Positions 25,125-38,952 of a stretch of 64,000 nt of DNA are shown in pieces. Positions within the stretch are counted from its first letter, which is position 1. Every line of letters starts with the position of its first letter. The position numbers and the translations under genes were made by a program. The notes beneath the pieces are model-generated. The model was not told the DNA's origin, searched no databases, and saw only the letters and a program-made list of their open reading frames with translations. The DNA is from Octopus sinensis (Eukaryota), in NCBI RefSeq assembly GCF_006345805.1, contig NC_043013.1, forward strand, positions 8,432,001 to 8,496,000, written 5' to 3'.

Positions 25125-25442
25125 TATATAAATATATATATGTATATATATATAATTATATATATATATATATGCACACATACACTACACACACAGGGCC
25201 ACATACACACAGAGACAGACACATATGCACACACTCACACACTCGTAAATGTGTCTGTATATAGTGACACTGGATAATTGAACTCTGACAGTATTTACAT
25301 ATTTGACTTATATAGTGCATTCTTGGTACTTTGTGTGCACATGAATGTAGATGTGTATATGCATACCCACATGCATGTATGTGTATGTATCTATATGTTT
25401 GTATATACACATGGACACACACACAAACAAACTCATATATAC

Positions 25443-25494
<52 letters not shown>

Positions 25495-26148
25495 TCTATA
25501 TATATATACCTTAAATGATGGTGATATAAGTAATGATTTTACATTTCGCTACAAACCTGACAATATGCCCTTCAAAGCATGTTCACTGTGCTGGCTACCT
25601 GATGTTATCATGTTATATGCATACATGTATGTATATACACATACAACACATACATACACATATATAACAAAAAAAATACAAAAATTGCTAAAATTATTTT
25701 TATCAAACTAATTAATACAATTATACAACTTTATCAATTTTTTTTTAAGCCAAGGAACTTCTTTACAAATTATAGTTTCTTATTCTTTTTATCTTGAGTA
25801 TTTTCATGCTTTTTTCCTTTCTGTTTGTCTTTTTTTTTTCTCAAAATTTGGCTAAAAAAGTGAAAAAGATGTTTTTCTATGAGCCTTTTACTAATTTTCT
25901 TTATGCCTTTTTAGAAAAAAAAAAATTCAATGGTTATCAATATGTATTGAACTCTTTGAATTTGAAATCTAACCAAGTCAATGTTAGTTTTCTAGAAGAC
26001 AAAGCAAAATATAAAAAAAAGTACATCCCTAACCAATTTTTTATGAAAATATATGCTTAATTGTTGTTGTTGTTTATATATATTATAACATACACACATA
26101 TATACATATATATACATATATATAGTATATATATATGCATATATATAT

Positions 26149-26191
<43 letters not shown>

Positions 26192-26615
26192 CATGTTTCA
26201 TTAAAATTATTATCATTAAAATGTTATTTGTATTTAATAAAAATAAAAGGAATATTGAAATATTGACTAAAAAAAATTGCAAAAATAATATAAAATATTA
26301 AAAAAAAATGATAATGTTATCTTTGCCATCACCTGCCAAGAGTTATTTCTGTTATATACTATAATTCTATCATCAACTTCTATATTCTTTAACTAGCTCT
26401 CTGCACAGCTTCTCTGCTTAGAGTGCAGGATTTTTGAAGTTACAGGATCTGTCCTTTTCATTCTCTCTTTTAGGGGCTAAAGTTTAATTTTTATTTCTTT
26501 TCTCATTCATTGTTGATACAAGAAAAATGAAATAATTCTTTTCAAGGGAAAATATTCAACAGAAAAATTAATATTTCATAATTATAGTGTGTTAATATCA
26601 TAGTAACTATCACAG

Positions 26616-26669
<54 letters not shown>

Positions 26670-26699
26670 TATTATATATACTATATATATGTATATATA

Positions 26700-26737
<38 letters not shown>

Positions 26738-28104
26738 TTATTTATATATATAATATATATATATATACATATACACATAAATATATATATACAAATGCAT
26801 GTATTCATGTACATATATAGGTATATATGTATGGAGGGCTTTAATTGAAGAATTTGTTTACAATGTAAACAATTTCATCAGTTGTAACACTATTTTTGAA
26901 TGTTCATTATCATAACTAATTTAGTAATTTGCTTCAGTTAATTAATATTTTTTTTTCCTGGCGCCAATCAACTTACAATGAAGAAGTAATGTTAGCCAAT
27001 GTCTCACTTAGGCAGATCTGGGTACAGTATGCTAACATGCCCACCACAACCATCACAAAAACTGCAACACAATAGATATAGTCTTATATAAAATAACACA
27101 GATGTGTATGGTTTATGTGTGAAACTTTATAGTTGATACTGTGATAAGTAGAAAGAAAAGACAAAATGTATGATATCTCTGTGTTATGTCTGTAATGAAA
27201 AGTATGATTGCTAGTGTGAATGAACTCATGAATTTTAAAAGAAAAGAAAAAAATAAATAAATAACTACTATAAAAATAAAGACACTTCCAACTAGCAGAA
27301 GCAAATATCTAAAATTTGTAAACCTATCCAACCAATTCTTGCATGAGAAGTTGAAAGCAAAGCATAATGATGGATTAACATTATAAAAATTGAGAATAAA
27401 CTGAGAATATATTGATTCTTCTGGCTAAAATTTGATCTCATTACAACTCAGTTTCTTTTGATGCTAAACAGCTAAAAAGACCAAATTTTATGCAATATTG
27501 AGTGAAATTGTTTTTTTTTTAAAAACAAACTATCTCATTTGACAGGAGAGTTTTTCACTTCTTTACCCTCCCCCAAACCCTCACACAACTCCTTCACATA
27601 CCTTTATGGTGTCTGTTGTTAAACAGCACTTTGGGAAAATATTGAATGACTTAAAATAAATCTGAATGACTTCTAGAAACTCAAGCAGATAAGCTTTTCT
27701 TTATAATAATTTTATATATATATATATATAATTTCTTTTGTTTTTGAAATTTTATTTCTTTAATATAGATATATTCATTTAGATTCGTTTTGTTTGTGGA
27801 AAAATAAACATTTTATTTATTGAAAAAAAAAAAGAAAGTTGTGAATGTTAGAGTTTTAAAAAGAAAAAAATTACCCCAGATTTACTGAAATTATGGCTCA
27901 CATAGAAATCTATTCCATCCTAATTTGGATATGTCTTCCAAACACCCAATAAATGTCCATTTTGAAGATTTTATTTCAAATGCTTTCATGAATACTATTA
28001 CTACTACTACTACTATTATTATTATTATTATTAATATTATTATTATTATTATCATCATTATTATTATCATTATTGTCATCATCGTCATCATCATCATCAT
28101 TATT

Positions 28105-28285
28105 AAGGCAGCGAGCTTGCAGAATTGTTAGCATGCTGGATAAACAGCTTAATGGCATTTCTTCTGGTTTTGCATTCTAAGTTTGAATTCCACCAAGATT
28201 GACTTTGCCTTTCATCCTTTTAGGGTCGATAAAATAAGTACCAGTCAATTACTGGAGTCAGTGTACTTGACTAGCCCCCTCCCTC
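28105..28285 (+). mobile_element. SINE A, diverged
   Basis: ggcagcgagcttgcagaa...gactttgcctttcatccttttagggtcgataaaataagtacc. Confidence 0.75.
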
Positions 28286-30463
28286 CAAATTTATTATTAT
28301 TATTATTTTGACATCTTAGTAGGGAAATTTAACAAAAACAAAAAAAAAACCTCACTGTATGTAAAACCTAATTTTATCTTATCTCATCTTTGTACCATTA
28401 ATTTAGGTAAGTTCCATATGACATGAACTTTTCTTCAACAGTTACATAGAAATCACATCATTTCTGTGGAATTTATAATCCATCATCTCAGGTATTCATA
28501 AGTTAAAAATGACTTTTGATAATATATATATTATCATAACTGGTTCCTTAAAATTAAAATATCATTGATCTTAAATTAAATTAAAATTTCTACGTAATTC
28601 TTAAGATAACGTATAGAATGAAATCTTTATGCTTTTTTTTATATTTTTGCTTACTATTTTTTTTTTGTTTTGTATAGATTGTCTATTTTATTTTCTTCCA
28701 TACATTATTATTCCTCAATGTATTCTTCTTATTTCAGTTCCATTCATTTTAGACAAGTCAAAGTATTCTATCAGACTAGTTTTTTACCTAAGTGCACTTA
28801 TTTTATTTATCATGATATTTTATTGAACTGATGTTAGAATTGAAGTTTCTGAAAATCTCAGGACAAGACTGATGTGTTGGCCAAGCTAAAAAAAAAATCA
28901 AATACTGGGTATTAACAATCTAGAAAATGGTTGTGATATAGTTTACACTTCTTGTTTTCTTTGTCTTTTACTTTTTTTTAATTATATTCTAGGACTTAAT
29001 TTAATTTTCTGTTTAATTAATCTTAATTCAAAAACTTTTAGAGAACATTCTAGAAACTTCTAGAACTTGTGTAACTCTGGAAAAAAAATCCATCAATATT
29101 TTAGAATAAGTTTTTGTGTTATTAGAAATATGATGTTAGATAATTTTAACAGCTTAGCCATGTATTGGATCAATACTGGTTGAATCTTGAGGTATATTGA
29201 CCAATATTTCAAAGAATCATCTGCAATTCCAGTTGCCATTATTATTATTATTTTTTTTTTCTGAACCAAGATTTCATTCACAACAACCTTTTGACCGAAC
29301 CTTAAACCAGAACCATCTGTATTTATCTAGATAATGAGATTGTTATTAAATCTCAAGTTTACCAAAAGAAAATTTCAATAAAAATATACCATAAGAAGTG
29401 AATGATATGTTCTTTCATTTTTCTTTTTTTTTTTTCCTTCTTTTATTTCAATCATCACCATTGTTTTGTAGATATTCTAAACACCATATTTTTTCACTTT
29501 TCTTTTTAATTATATTCAAAGAGAATTAGAGAAATTCTTATTAATTAGCATTGTCGCGCCGCTGAAGACTGGATCTTTGGATTCACTTGTGCCACATTCC
29601 TGGCACTAACACTTGTTAATTCCATCCAAGTTTTACTTTTAACCAAAGTTGGGCCTTGCATGGTAGAGAGACTTTTTTCTTTTTAAATTCTATTAAATTA
29701 TTCTGCCAGAACTTGTAAAAAGGAAGACATTGTAAGAGGTGTCTTGTCAACCATTGACTTACTCAAAACTTATAAACTACGGAAAAAAAAAATACCAAAA
29801 AAAAGGGGCCAGATATTCTTTTCCTTCAGACCAATAAAGTTTTCTTGAATATTTAGCTACACACAATCATGAATCTGTACACATTTAGAATTAGTGGGGA
29901 TTTTTTTTTTTCAATTTATTATCCATTTTTCTTTTCCTTCCTGTTTTTTTTTTTAATAATGTGACTACAACACCTCTTGAGAGTCTTACATTAGAAAGCA
30001 AAATGTAATTTTGGATTAGATTATCAATGGAGAACAAAATAAAGTACCAATATTTGGAATGTTATAATTAGCAAGCCTTTCTTGCAAATATGTAATAAAA
30101 TCCAGTTTCTTGTGGCCTATTCTAGTGTGCTTGCAAATAATGTTGAATTTATGTGTGTGTATGTGTGTATATACATATATATATATATATATATAAATAT
30201 ATATATATCCAATTTATATACATTCATGTTTCATGTTTTGTATGTAATGTGACTATATTATTTTTCTCCTTTTCTTTTCTTAAAGTATACATCATAAAGT
30301 CTTCAGACTAATAAAGCCTATGTAATCACATGTAATTAAATTTATTTTCTCTTTTATATGTGTATATATAAATATTTTTTACATTCACACACTTACACAC
30401 ACACACATATATCTTATTCATCTATCTATCTATTTAACTATATATTATATATATATATTATAT

Positions 30464-30498
<35 letters not shown>

Positions 30499-30583
30499 GA
30501 TACATACACATACACATACTCACACAAGTATGTATGCATTACATATATATAAATATACATACATATATACGTATATATATATA

Positions 30584-30621
<38 letters not shown>

Positions 30622-31639
30622 TATATATATACGTGCATGCATGCTTACATCACATATCTTTTATCTTTTACTTGTTTCAGTCATTAGACTGCAGATAATG
30701 TCCAGTTTTCCATGCTGGCATGAGTTGGACATCATAACTTTTTGTAGCAGTGTTCTATGGCCGAATGCCCTTCCTGATCTCTTAGTCACCTCTTTTGACC
30801 ACAGAGATATATATCTATGTGTGTTTGTGTGTGTGTGCAGATGTAGTGTTTTAGTTATGTAAGTTTTGTGATGTCATTTGGTTTCAATTCCTAGCAAAAA
30901 CACACAAACATTTTTTTTTTTTTTTCTTGCTGAGGAATAGGATTCCTATAGAAGAAATGATACAAATCATTGTTCTGAAAATAATGTTAGTGTATAGAAA
31001 CTTTATTCACTTATTTTATTCTATGTATTTACTTTTGTTTTACATAATCATTGGTAATGTAATATCCATATTCACTCACGGCGTTGTAGGCCAGGTAAAA
31101 CTACTTGACTTATAGTTGATTCAATAAAGAGTTTGAATAAAGAGTACAATTTCCCCATCAGCTAAGATCCTAATTAATTCCACATTTCAGTCACCTTCAT
31201 TTTGTCATTCAGTAGATCTATTAATTTTTGTTTTTCACCTTTTACAAATTAATTTCCTGTTCCTTTCATAAAATTGGATTATTCAACAGAGAAATTTCTC
31301 TATACTTTCCAGTCTTTGATCACTGGATTATGTCTGTACATTTCTGGAGTATCAAATCAACTTAGAAATTTCTTTATTGTAACATTGTGAGTATTATATA
31401 TATATTTCAGGTGTAACACTTAAAAACGGTAATTCTGAAAGCCAATTATCTAAATCTATTAATGATTCATTTAAGTGCTGGAAATTTGATCTTTGGGATC
31501 TGCTGACTGAAAAATAAGATATGAAATCTTGATATGAAACAGTTGATGATAAGAAGATAGGTCTGTCTGTAAACATTTTAAAAGCTGTTTCAATGTATGA
31601 AAAGATCTAAGAATCTCCAGCATCAATATTGAATAAGCC

Positions 31640-31850
31640 GACTAACTGGCAGAATTGTTACCACACTGGACAAAATGCCTAGCAGTTTTTCATTCTGAGT
31701 TTAAATTCCGCCAAGTTTGACTTTGCCTTTCATCCTTTTGGGGTTGATAAAATAAGTACCAGTTGAGCTCTGGGGTCGATGTAATCGATTTACCCCCCCC
31801 CCCACAAAAAAAAATTGCTGGCCTTGTGCCAAAATTTGAAATCAATATTG
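31640..31850 (+). mobile_element. SINE A, diverged
   Basis: Central gactttgcctttcatcc block. Confidence 0.75.
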
Positions 31851-33770
31851 AACAGAAATAAAAATTCTATCTCTTTTTCTGCAACATGATTAGCCTGATG
31901 GCAGTGTTATGACAACATTGTTCTAATGAAGGCATTTATTAGCAAGAGATATTTCTTCAAAGAAAATTCTTTCACTTGGTTCTTGTATCATGGAAGAGTT
32001 CCATATTCATTCTTTTTTTTTGTTTTTGTATTCTCAGACACTTTAAACAAAGTTGGCATCATTAACCAAAACATATTACTCGCACTATCAAATAGCTAAT
32101 TTACCTTTGACCTCTCATAAATAATTAATGCATTCCCTTCTCATTTGAATAACACAATCATTATCAGGTAATTCATTCACAAGACACATTTCCTGGTGGA
32201 ATTTTCAATCCATGAATATTTATCATTTACAGGTGTTTTGTACAAGTGTAGAAATATTTTTAGCCATTAACACATTCATGCATACATACAAACACACACA
32301 CATATACATTATTTTCTTTTCATAATTCCCAAATCCAGCAAACATTACAACTAAACTATGATGATAGCCTCTTTTACTTAATATATTTTTTTTAAAAAAC
32401 ATTCATGCTCAATGGGTCTCCAAACATGAATTATTTTCATTCCATACTTTATTTAAATAATCTATGAGCCCCAAGATTCCCTTATAATAAGATCCCATTA
32501 AAAATAGTTTTAATTAAACACATTTACATATAATTAGTAGTGTGAAAGTATAATTAATGTATGTGGTAATACTTTAATTAGAATACAAAAGAAGGACTCA
32601 ATACATTAGGTGGAGTAAATATTTGATATATCAGGTTATACTTCCACCTTATAGTATTCTGTTGGTGAGTTTCTTGTCCCTTTATCTTTTGATATTCCTC
32701 ATATTGAAGTGGCTGGTGGAATGGCTGTCTCTTGATCAAAGTTTATTGGCTAATACATATTGGTATTCATTTTGCCACTCTGTCCAATCTATTGAATGTC
32801 TTCGGAGAAAAGGATATGAAACCCTGATATACAAAATGCTTTTAACATTTCATGTGTGTGTACATATGTATATGTATGTATGTATATATGTGTGTGTGTG
32901 TGTGAGAAAAGGTAAGTTCAAAATAAACAATTCAAACTTTCTGGGGGATCCAAAAAGAGAGATGAGGTGATTTCTAAAACGGATTCATCATATTCATGAA
33001 AATCAGCCAAAACAGGTAATAAGAATATGAAAATCTCCTCAAATATATATATATATATATATATGTGTGTATATATATATATACATACACATATATATGC
33101 GTATAAACATGTTTGTATGTACAAACAAGAAATAAGGATATTCAATGAATACTGTAGAATATAATATATGTATGTAATATATATATATATATATATGAAT
33201 AAGTGAAAGAATGGAGTCGAATGAAGATTTTAACAAAATTCCTTTACTCTCGACACATGTTTCGAAGACGGCATACTTTTAATTCCGAAGGAATAAAGTG
33301 TGCATTATGCCATCTTCTCATCAGGAAAGATAAGGAGCCTCTTTCAGCCACAAGACGAACAAAAGTTTTTGATGATTGCCTACATGGTGACCACAGTGAT
33401 AATGAGTGTTTTTTTTTAAATAATCCGTTAAACGAATTTTCCATGCTAGGATAATTCATTCACCTACTTAAATATATATATATATGTTTGTGTGTGTATA
33501 AATATCTTGACAAAGCACTTGTGGGGACAAAAGAATGAGACCCCAGTATCACTGGAAATAGAGAACTGAATCTATTAAATGACACATGTCTGGAACAAGT
33601 GATAGATTTTTGTTTTTCACTGATGATGTTTAGTCCCATGTTAAGTGTGGTGTAAGCATGAATAAAAACTTGCAAAAGCTAATGAAGTGCAACGTTCCTG
33701 ATATTGTTTGCATAGAAACTCAGTCTTGAATGCAAATGTTCCATATATGTATCATTTAACATGTGTGTAT

Positions 33771-33920
33771 AGGCGCAGGAGTGGCTGTGTGGTAAGTAGC
33801 TTGCTTACCAACCACATGGTTCCGGGTTCAAGTCCCACTGCATGGCACCTTGGGCAAGTGTCTTCTACTATAGCCTCGTGAATGGATTTGGTAGATGGAA
33901 ACTGAAAGAAGCCCGTTGTA

Positions 33921-33967
<47 letters not shown>

Positions 33968-34159
33968 ATGTTTCTGTGTTTGTCCCCCCAACATCGTTTG
34001 ACAACTGATGCTGGTGTGTTTACGTCCCCGTAACTTAGCAGTTCAGCAAAAAGAGACCGATACTAAGCTTACAAAGAATAAGTCCTGGGGTCATTTGCTC
34101 AACTAAAGGCAGTGCTCCAGCATGGCCACAGTCATATGACTGAAACAAGTCAAAGAGTA
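33771..34159 (+). mobile_element. SINE B, full length
   Basis: Family similarity. Confidence 0.85.
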
Positions 34160-34723
34160 TATATGTATGTATGTATAGGTATGTGTGTGTATATATATAT
34201 GAATATGTATATATATATATATATATCGATTTCTGACCAAGGTTCAAGTCCAAATTTTTTAAAGATTATAAATCTATTTTCTCAACACTAATACATTACT
34301 GATCTTCTTTTATCAACTTCAGATGGATTAAAGACAAAGTCGACTCTGGTGAGAGATTGAGTAAACTAACAACTGAAATGTATTTAGTTAATCCATTTGA
34401 ATACTGCACTATATTCGTCTGTCTTAGAACTTCTAGCAAATCTAATTTACATGGAACATTATATAATATGCTGATGTGTTGTTTTGTGAAAATAGTGTTG
34501 ACCTCAATGAATATATATATATAATTAGTGTAGAAAACATGAAGTATAACAGAAGCTTATTATTATAATCAAACAGTTATCAAAATCAGTTGTTCCCAAA
34601 CAATTTTTCGGCTTAATGTTATCAACTGGTTTTCGTTAGAGTGAAAGGCTTCATCCCAAAGTGATCATAATAAGCGGCTTCCTCTGTAAATGAAGGCAAA
34701 TTAATAACAATGAAGAGTATTAA

Positions 34724-34943
34724 CCCTTTCATTACTGTATTTATTTTGAGATGCTCTGTGTTTCTTTCAATTACTTTAAATATAACAGAGAATTTAGTAA
34801 AATAACTTAGTTATCATTAAGCTAGTTTTAGGAACATTAATTGTGACTAAGATTTAGTGGAAGAGTTTAATTCAAAACTTATGAAAACAAGACATTTGTA
34901 CTCAGAGCCATAGCCAGTTTCAGCCGGGTTGGTAACGAAAGGG
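34724..34943 (+). mobile_element. piggyBac-type TTAA MITE
   Basis: TTAA 34720-23 and 34944-47; TIR CCCTTTC(A/G)TTAC. Confidence 0.88.
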
Positions 34944-34963
34944 TTAAATTAATCATTTGTTAA

Positions 34964-35184
34964 CCCTTTCGTTACTGTATTTATTTTGAGATGCTCTGTT
35001 TTTCTTTCAATTAATTTTAAATATAACAAAGAATTTAGTATAATAACTTAGTTATCATTAAGCTAGTGTTAGGAACATTAATTGTGACTAAGGTTTAGTG
35101 GAAGATTTTAATTCAAAACTTATGAAAACAAGACATTTGTACTACAGAGCCACACCGGTTTCAGCCAGGTTAGTAACGAAAAGG
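34964..35184 (+). mobile_element. piggyBac-type TTAA MITE (tandem partner)
   Basis: TTAA 34960-63 and 35185-88. Confidence 0.88.
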
Positions 35185-36273
35185 TTAATAACATCTTTTG
35201 AATTCATATTTCTATCACCTTGCTCTGAGTCCTCAACTCCTGATAGAGCAGTAGGGTTGCTGTTGAGATATGTGGTGTGTCTTCAGCATTTTTAGAACTG
35301 GCAGACCCTATTCTTCTTCAGAATTAACCACAATTGATTTCTTCCAGAAAGAAAATCTATTCAATGCTCTAGTGACTTGGCCAGTTTTGCCCCTGCATGC
35401 TTTTCTAATGCAAGACAATGAAAACTGTAATTAAACACATTTGCATATATATTAATGGAGAAACTTCTACTTAAGTATTCAACCTGCTAATAATAGCAGC
35501 TAATCCTCCTTCAAATCCTTACCTTCTCTACTAACCATTTGACTGTGTAATTAAATGTTATGGTCATTCCTGTTAATGATGTTAATTATCCACCAAAAAT
35601 ACAAAAACAGAATTGCAATATTTTTTTCAGTATCTCTCGTTTTTGTATCCACCACCAAGAGTATTTGGTTCTTTCTCTGTAAAGAGATGTTTGATGAAAT
35701 ATGTGAACAAAAACAAAAAATAAGAAAATCTGAACAAATATATTTTGTGAGAAGTGTCTCATTGTGAATTGTCTCCAATTCTAACAGCATACTCTTTTAC
35801 TTGCTTCAGTCATTTGACTGTGGCCAAGCTGGAGCACTGCATTTAGTCGACTTATTCTTTGTAAGCCTAGTACTTATTATATCAGTCTCTTTGCCGAACC
35901 GCTAAGTTACGGGGACGTAAACACACCAGCATCGGTTGTCAAGCGATGTTGGAGGGACAAACACAGACACACACACACCTATATATATACATATACATAT
36001 ATACGACGGGCTTCTTTCAGTTTCTGTCTACCAAATCCACTCTCAAAGGCTTCGGTCGGCCCGAGGCTATAGTAGAAGACACCTGCCCAAAGTGCCACAC
36101 AGTGGGATTGAACCCGGAACCATGTGGTTGGTAAGCAAGCTACTTACCACACAGCCACAGAGAAGTTTTTATTTTTTTATTTTTTTCAAAGTTGTTGGGT
36201 AAAACTACATTCCACAGTTAACTGTTATAAAATTCTGAGTGGAAATATCTGCCTTCCATGTCCGAAGGGTTAA

Positions 36274-36836
36274 CCATTTAGCATTCAGATTACTCTGTCA
36301 AATGTAATGCCGGCACTCCGTCAGTTACGACAACGAGGGTTCCAGTTGATCCGACCAATGGAACAGCCTTCTCATAAAACTACCACACAAGTGGCTGAGT
36401 ACTCCACAGACACGTGTACCCTTAATGTAGTTCTCAGGGAGATTCGGCATGACACAGAGTGTGACAAGGCTGGTCCTTTGAAATACAGGTACAACTCATT
36501 TTTGTCGGCTGAGTGGACTGGAGCAACTGTGAAATAAAGTGTCTTGTTCAAGGTCACAAAACTGTACTGAGAATTGAACTCATGATCTTACAATCATAAG
36601 CCAAATACCGTAATGACTAAGTCATGCACCTTCACTTCTGACAAATGTAATGCTTCTATATTCACCTTGTAATGAATTAATTTGTGCATTACCTCACAGC
36701 TTCCAGAGCTCAGCAATGCGGTTGTTTATTCTTAGAATGACATTGTAGGGTAGGTGTGAGAGGCCAGATCTGGTCAGTTTGGACATAAAACAGGAAGAAT
36801 ATTTTGGCCAGATACAGCTGGTTTAAATATAAAAGG
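36274..36836. mobile_element. Second TTAA MITE family, interrupted by a SINE (36311..36637, -; body Y + tail 1)
   Basis: Starts TTAA|CCATTTAGCATT; SINE flanked by a 16-bp TSD ctg(t/a)caaatgtaatgc (36295-36310, 36638-36653). Confidence 0.72.
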
Positions 36837-37342
36837 TTTTATAACAAAGGACATGTTGAATAAGGTAGCCCTGGATAGATATATGCATTTGACTATTGGT
36901 CTGCTCAATCAGTACAGCTCCGCTGTGGAGTGCAAATGTAAAGACATTGCCTTAGATCAACTAATACCTTACGAGTAGAATTTGAAAGATGGAACCGACA
37001 CAGGAGCCTCATATATATTTATGTGTGTTTCTGTGTGTTCGTATGTATTTACTGGTGTATGTTGCTGAGGAAAGTAAAAATCAGCAAGTAAAACAATAAA
37101 ACAAAAAGAAACGTTACTTTATGAACAAAGTCCCATAAGACATTTACTTTACACTGAGTTACAGATACTCCCTTGTTAACCTTGCCATCAGAAATACAGT
37201 GAGCTTGACTGTGATTTGCGAAACAAACCTGTAACCAATAACAACAACTGCAATATAAAATGATAAAAAAAAATTTTAAACAAACAACTCTTCAATTTGG
37301 AATTACAAAAATCTGTTCTAATCTTGGAGACATCTAAATTAA

Positions 37343-37563
37343 CCCTTTTGGTACCAACCTGCCTGAAACCATCCCTGGTTCTATGATACCAAATTCCTGT
37401 TTAAAAGTAATCTAAATTTATATTTCCCATCTAAATTTCATATTAATTTATTTTTCAAGAACCAGCTTAACAATGACAGTGTTATTTTACCAGATTCTTC
37501 ATTATTTTTCAAATTAATTGAAACAAAGCCATTGTATTTCAATAGAAATATGGTAACAAGAGG
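37343..37563 (-). mobile_element. Older, inverted copy of the 221-bp TTAA MITE family
   Basis: Collinear with the reverse complement of 34724..34943; left TTAA intact, right one decayed. Confidence 0.7.
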
Positions 37564-37653
37564 ATTTTTCGTCATTCATTGTCTCTGGAATGTCTTTTGA
37601 TTGCTATGATCATAGGTTCTGTAGTCAACTGCTGTGTGCCAGTCAAACTGATG

Positions 37654-37829
37654 GGTTTCCCAGGCTAAAATCTATGAAAGTGTAATTTTTTCTGCAAAGT
37701 GGGAAGAAATCCAAAGACAAAATATCATTCATTGAGGCCTCCACAAGCAAGGGTTTTTGTGTATCTGCACCTGTATGTGCTGGGGCTTGGGAAAGATTTT
37801 TTGCTGACGTTTAACAATTGCCTATACAT
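37654..37829. repeat. ~177-bp local direct duplication, copy 1 (copy 2 at 39369..39545)
   Basis: Collinear with high identity by eye. Confidence 0.85.
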
Positions 37830-38116
37830 ACAAGTTTCCTTTCTCTATGCCAATAGTATTACCCAAGAGGAAGGCCTTTCTTAAAACTGATACAGCTTGG
37901 CAGGATGTAAGGGATGGGAATAAATACCACAAGGTATCTCATCCAAAACTCTACTGCTTCCCCAATCCATCACTATTGATTGGTGCTTTTTTTTTTTTCA
38001 TCTCTTCCTTAAAATAATGATAGGCAAAGCTGACCTTGGTAGGTTTTGAACTATAACTGCAGGGAATCAGGACAAATTCCACAAAGCATTTTATTTAATG
38101 GCCTTATAATTCAACT

Positions 38117-38500
38117 GGAAGCACTCCGTCAGTTACGGTGACGAGGGTTCCGGTTGATCCGAATCAACGGAACAGCTTGCTCGTGAAATTAACGTGTAAG
38201 TGGCTGAGCACTCCACAGACACGTGTACCCTTAACGTAGTTCTCGGGGATATTCATCGTAACACAGAGAGTGACAAGGCCGGCCCTTTGAAATACAGGTA
38301 CAACAGAAACAGGAAGTAAGAATGAGAGAAAGTTGTGGTGAAAGAGTACAGCAGGGATCACCACCATCCCCTGCCGGAGCCTGGTGGAGCTTTAGGTGAT
38401 TTCACTCAATAAACACTCACAACACCCAGTCTGGGAATCGAAACCGCGATCCTATGACCGCGAGTCCGCTGCCCTAACCACTGGGCCATTGTGCCTCCAC
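38117..38500 (-). mobile_element. tRNA-head SINE C (body X + tail 1)
   Basis: 11-bp TSD ataatt(c/t)aact; matches 53757..54146. Confidence 0.88.
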
Positions 38501-38677
38501 ATAATTTAACTAATTCATCACTTAAACCAGTCATGAGCAAACTGCAACCTGTGGGACTTTCTGAATGACATGTCTCGTGTAATATTGCTTTGAATTCTTT
38601 TAGTAGTGCAGCTCACATGATGACGGATCATGACTCATGTGGCCTACTTCTTAAAAGCGGTTGCCCATGCCTGATTT

Positions 38678-38952
38678 GTTTGCTCCTTCTCAAGCCATCC
38701 CTTGCTCATAAGGGCTGGTTTCCTGGTTTCCTTGGCATATAGGTTCCCCACCTGGACGGGATGCCAGTCCGTCACAGGTGAGCTGCAAGATGCAGGAGGA
38801 AAGAGTGAGAGAAAGTTGTGGCGAAGTTCGCCATTACCTTCTGCCAGAGCCACGTGTTGCTCATAAACACACACATCGCCTGGTCTGAGATTTGAACCCG
38901 CGATCCCTCGACCGCGAGTCCGCTGCTCTAATCACTAGGCCATGTACCTCTA
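38678..38952 (-). mobile_element. tRNA-head SINE D (body X + tail 2)
   Basis: Perfect 12-bp TSD CATGCCTGATTT (38666-77, 38953-64). Confidence 0.88.

Larger units (their letters stand above)
22751..33000 (+). other. Candidate long non-coding terminal exon / 3'UTR of DGK (3' end uncertain)
   Basis: ttatgtttttcttactaatttcag acceptor at 22749-22750 (alternative cttccctttctgccttttag at 23248-23249); only two SINE copies in about 10 kb; many A/T homopolymers and AATAAA motifs; no ORF. Confidence 0.35.

Noticed and set aside
31410-31520. Possible alternative DGK last exon after tttcag (GVTLKNGN...)
   Set aside because: No DGK similarity, weak pyrimidine tract, and the conserved C-terminus is already encoded at 17953-18039.
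32631-32666. 30-nt microexon cag|...|gtgagt
   Set aside because: No polypyrimidine tract and no partner exons.
33203-33454. 83-aa ORF with a CxxCH motif
   Set aside because: A single motif with no family recognised and no splice signals linking it to other exons.
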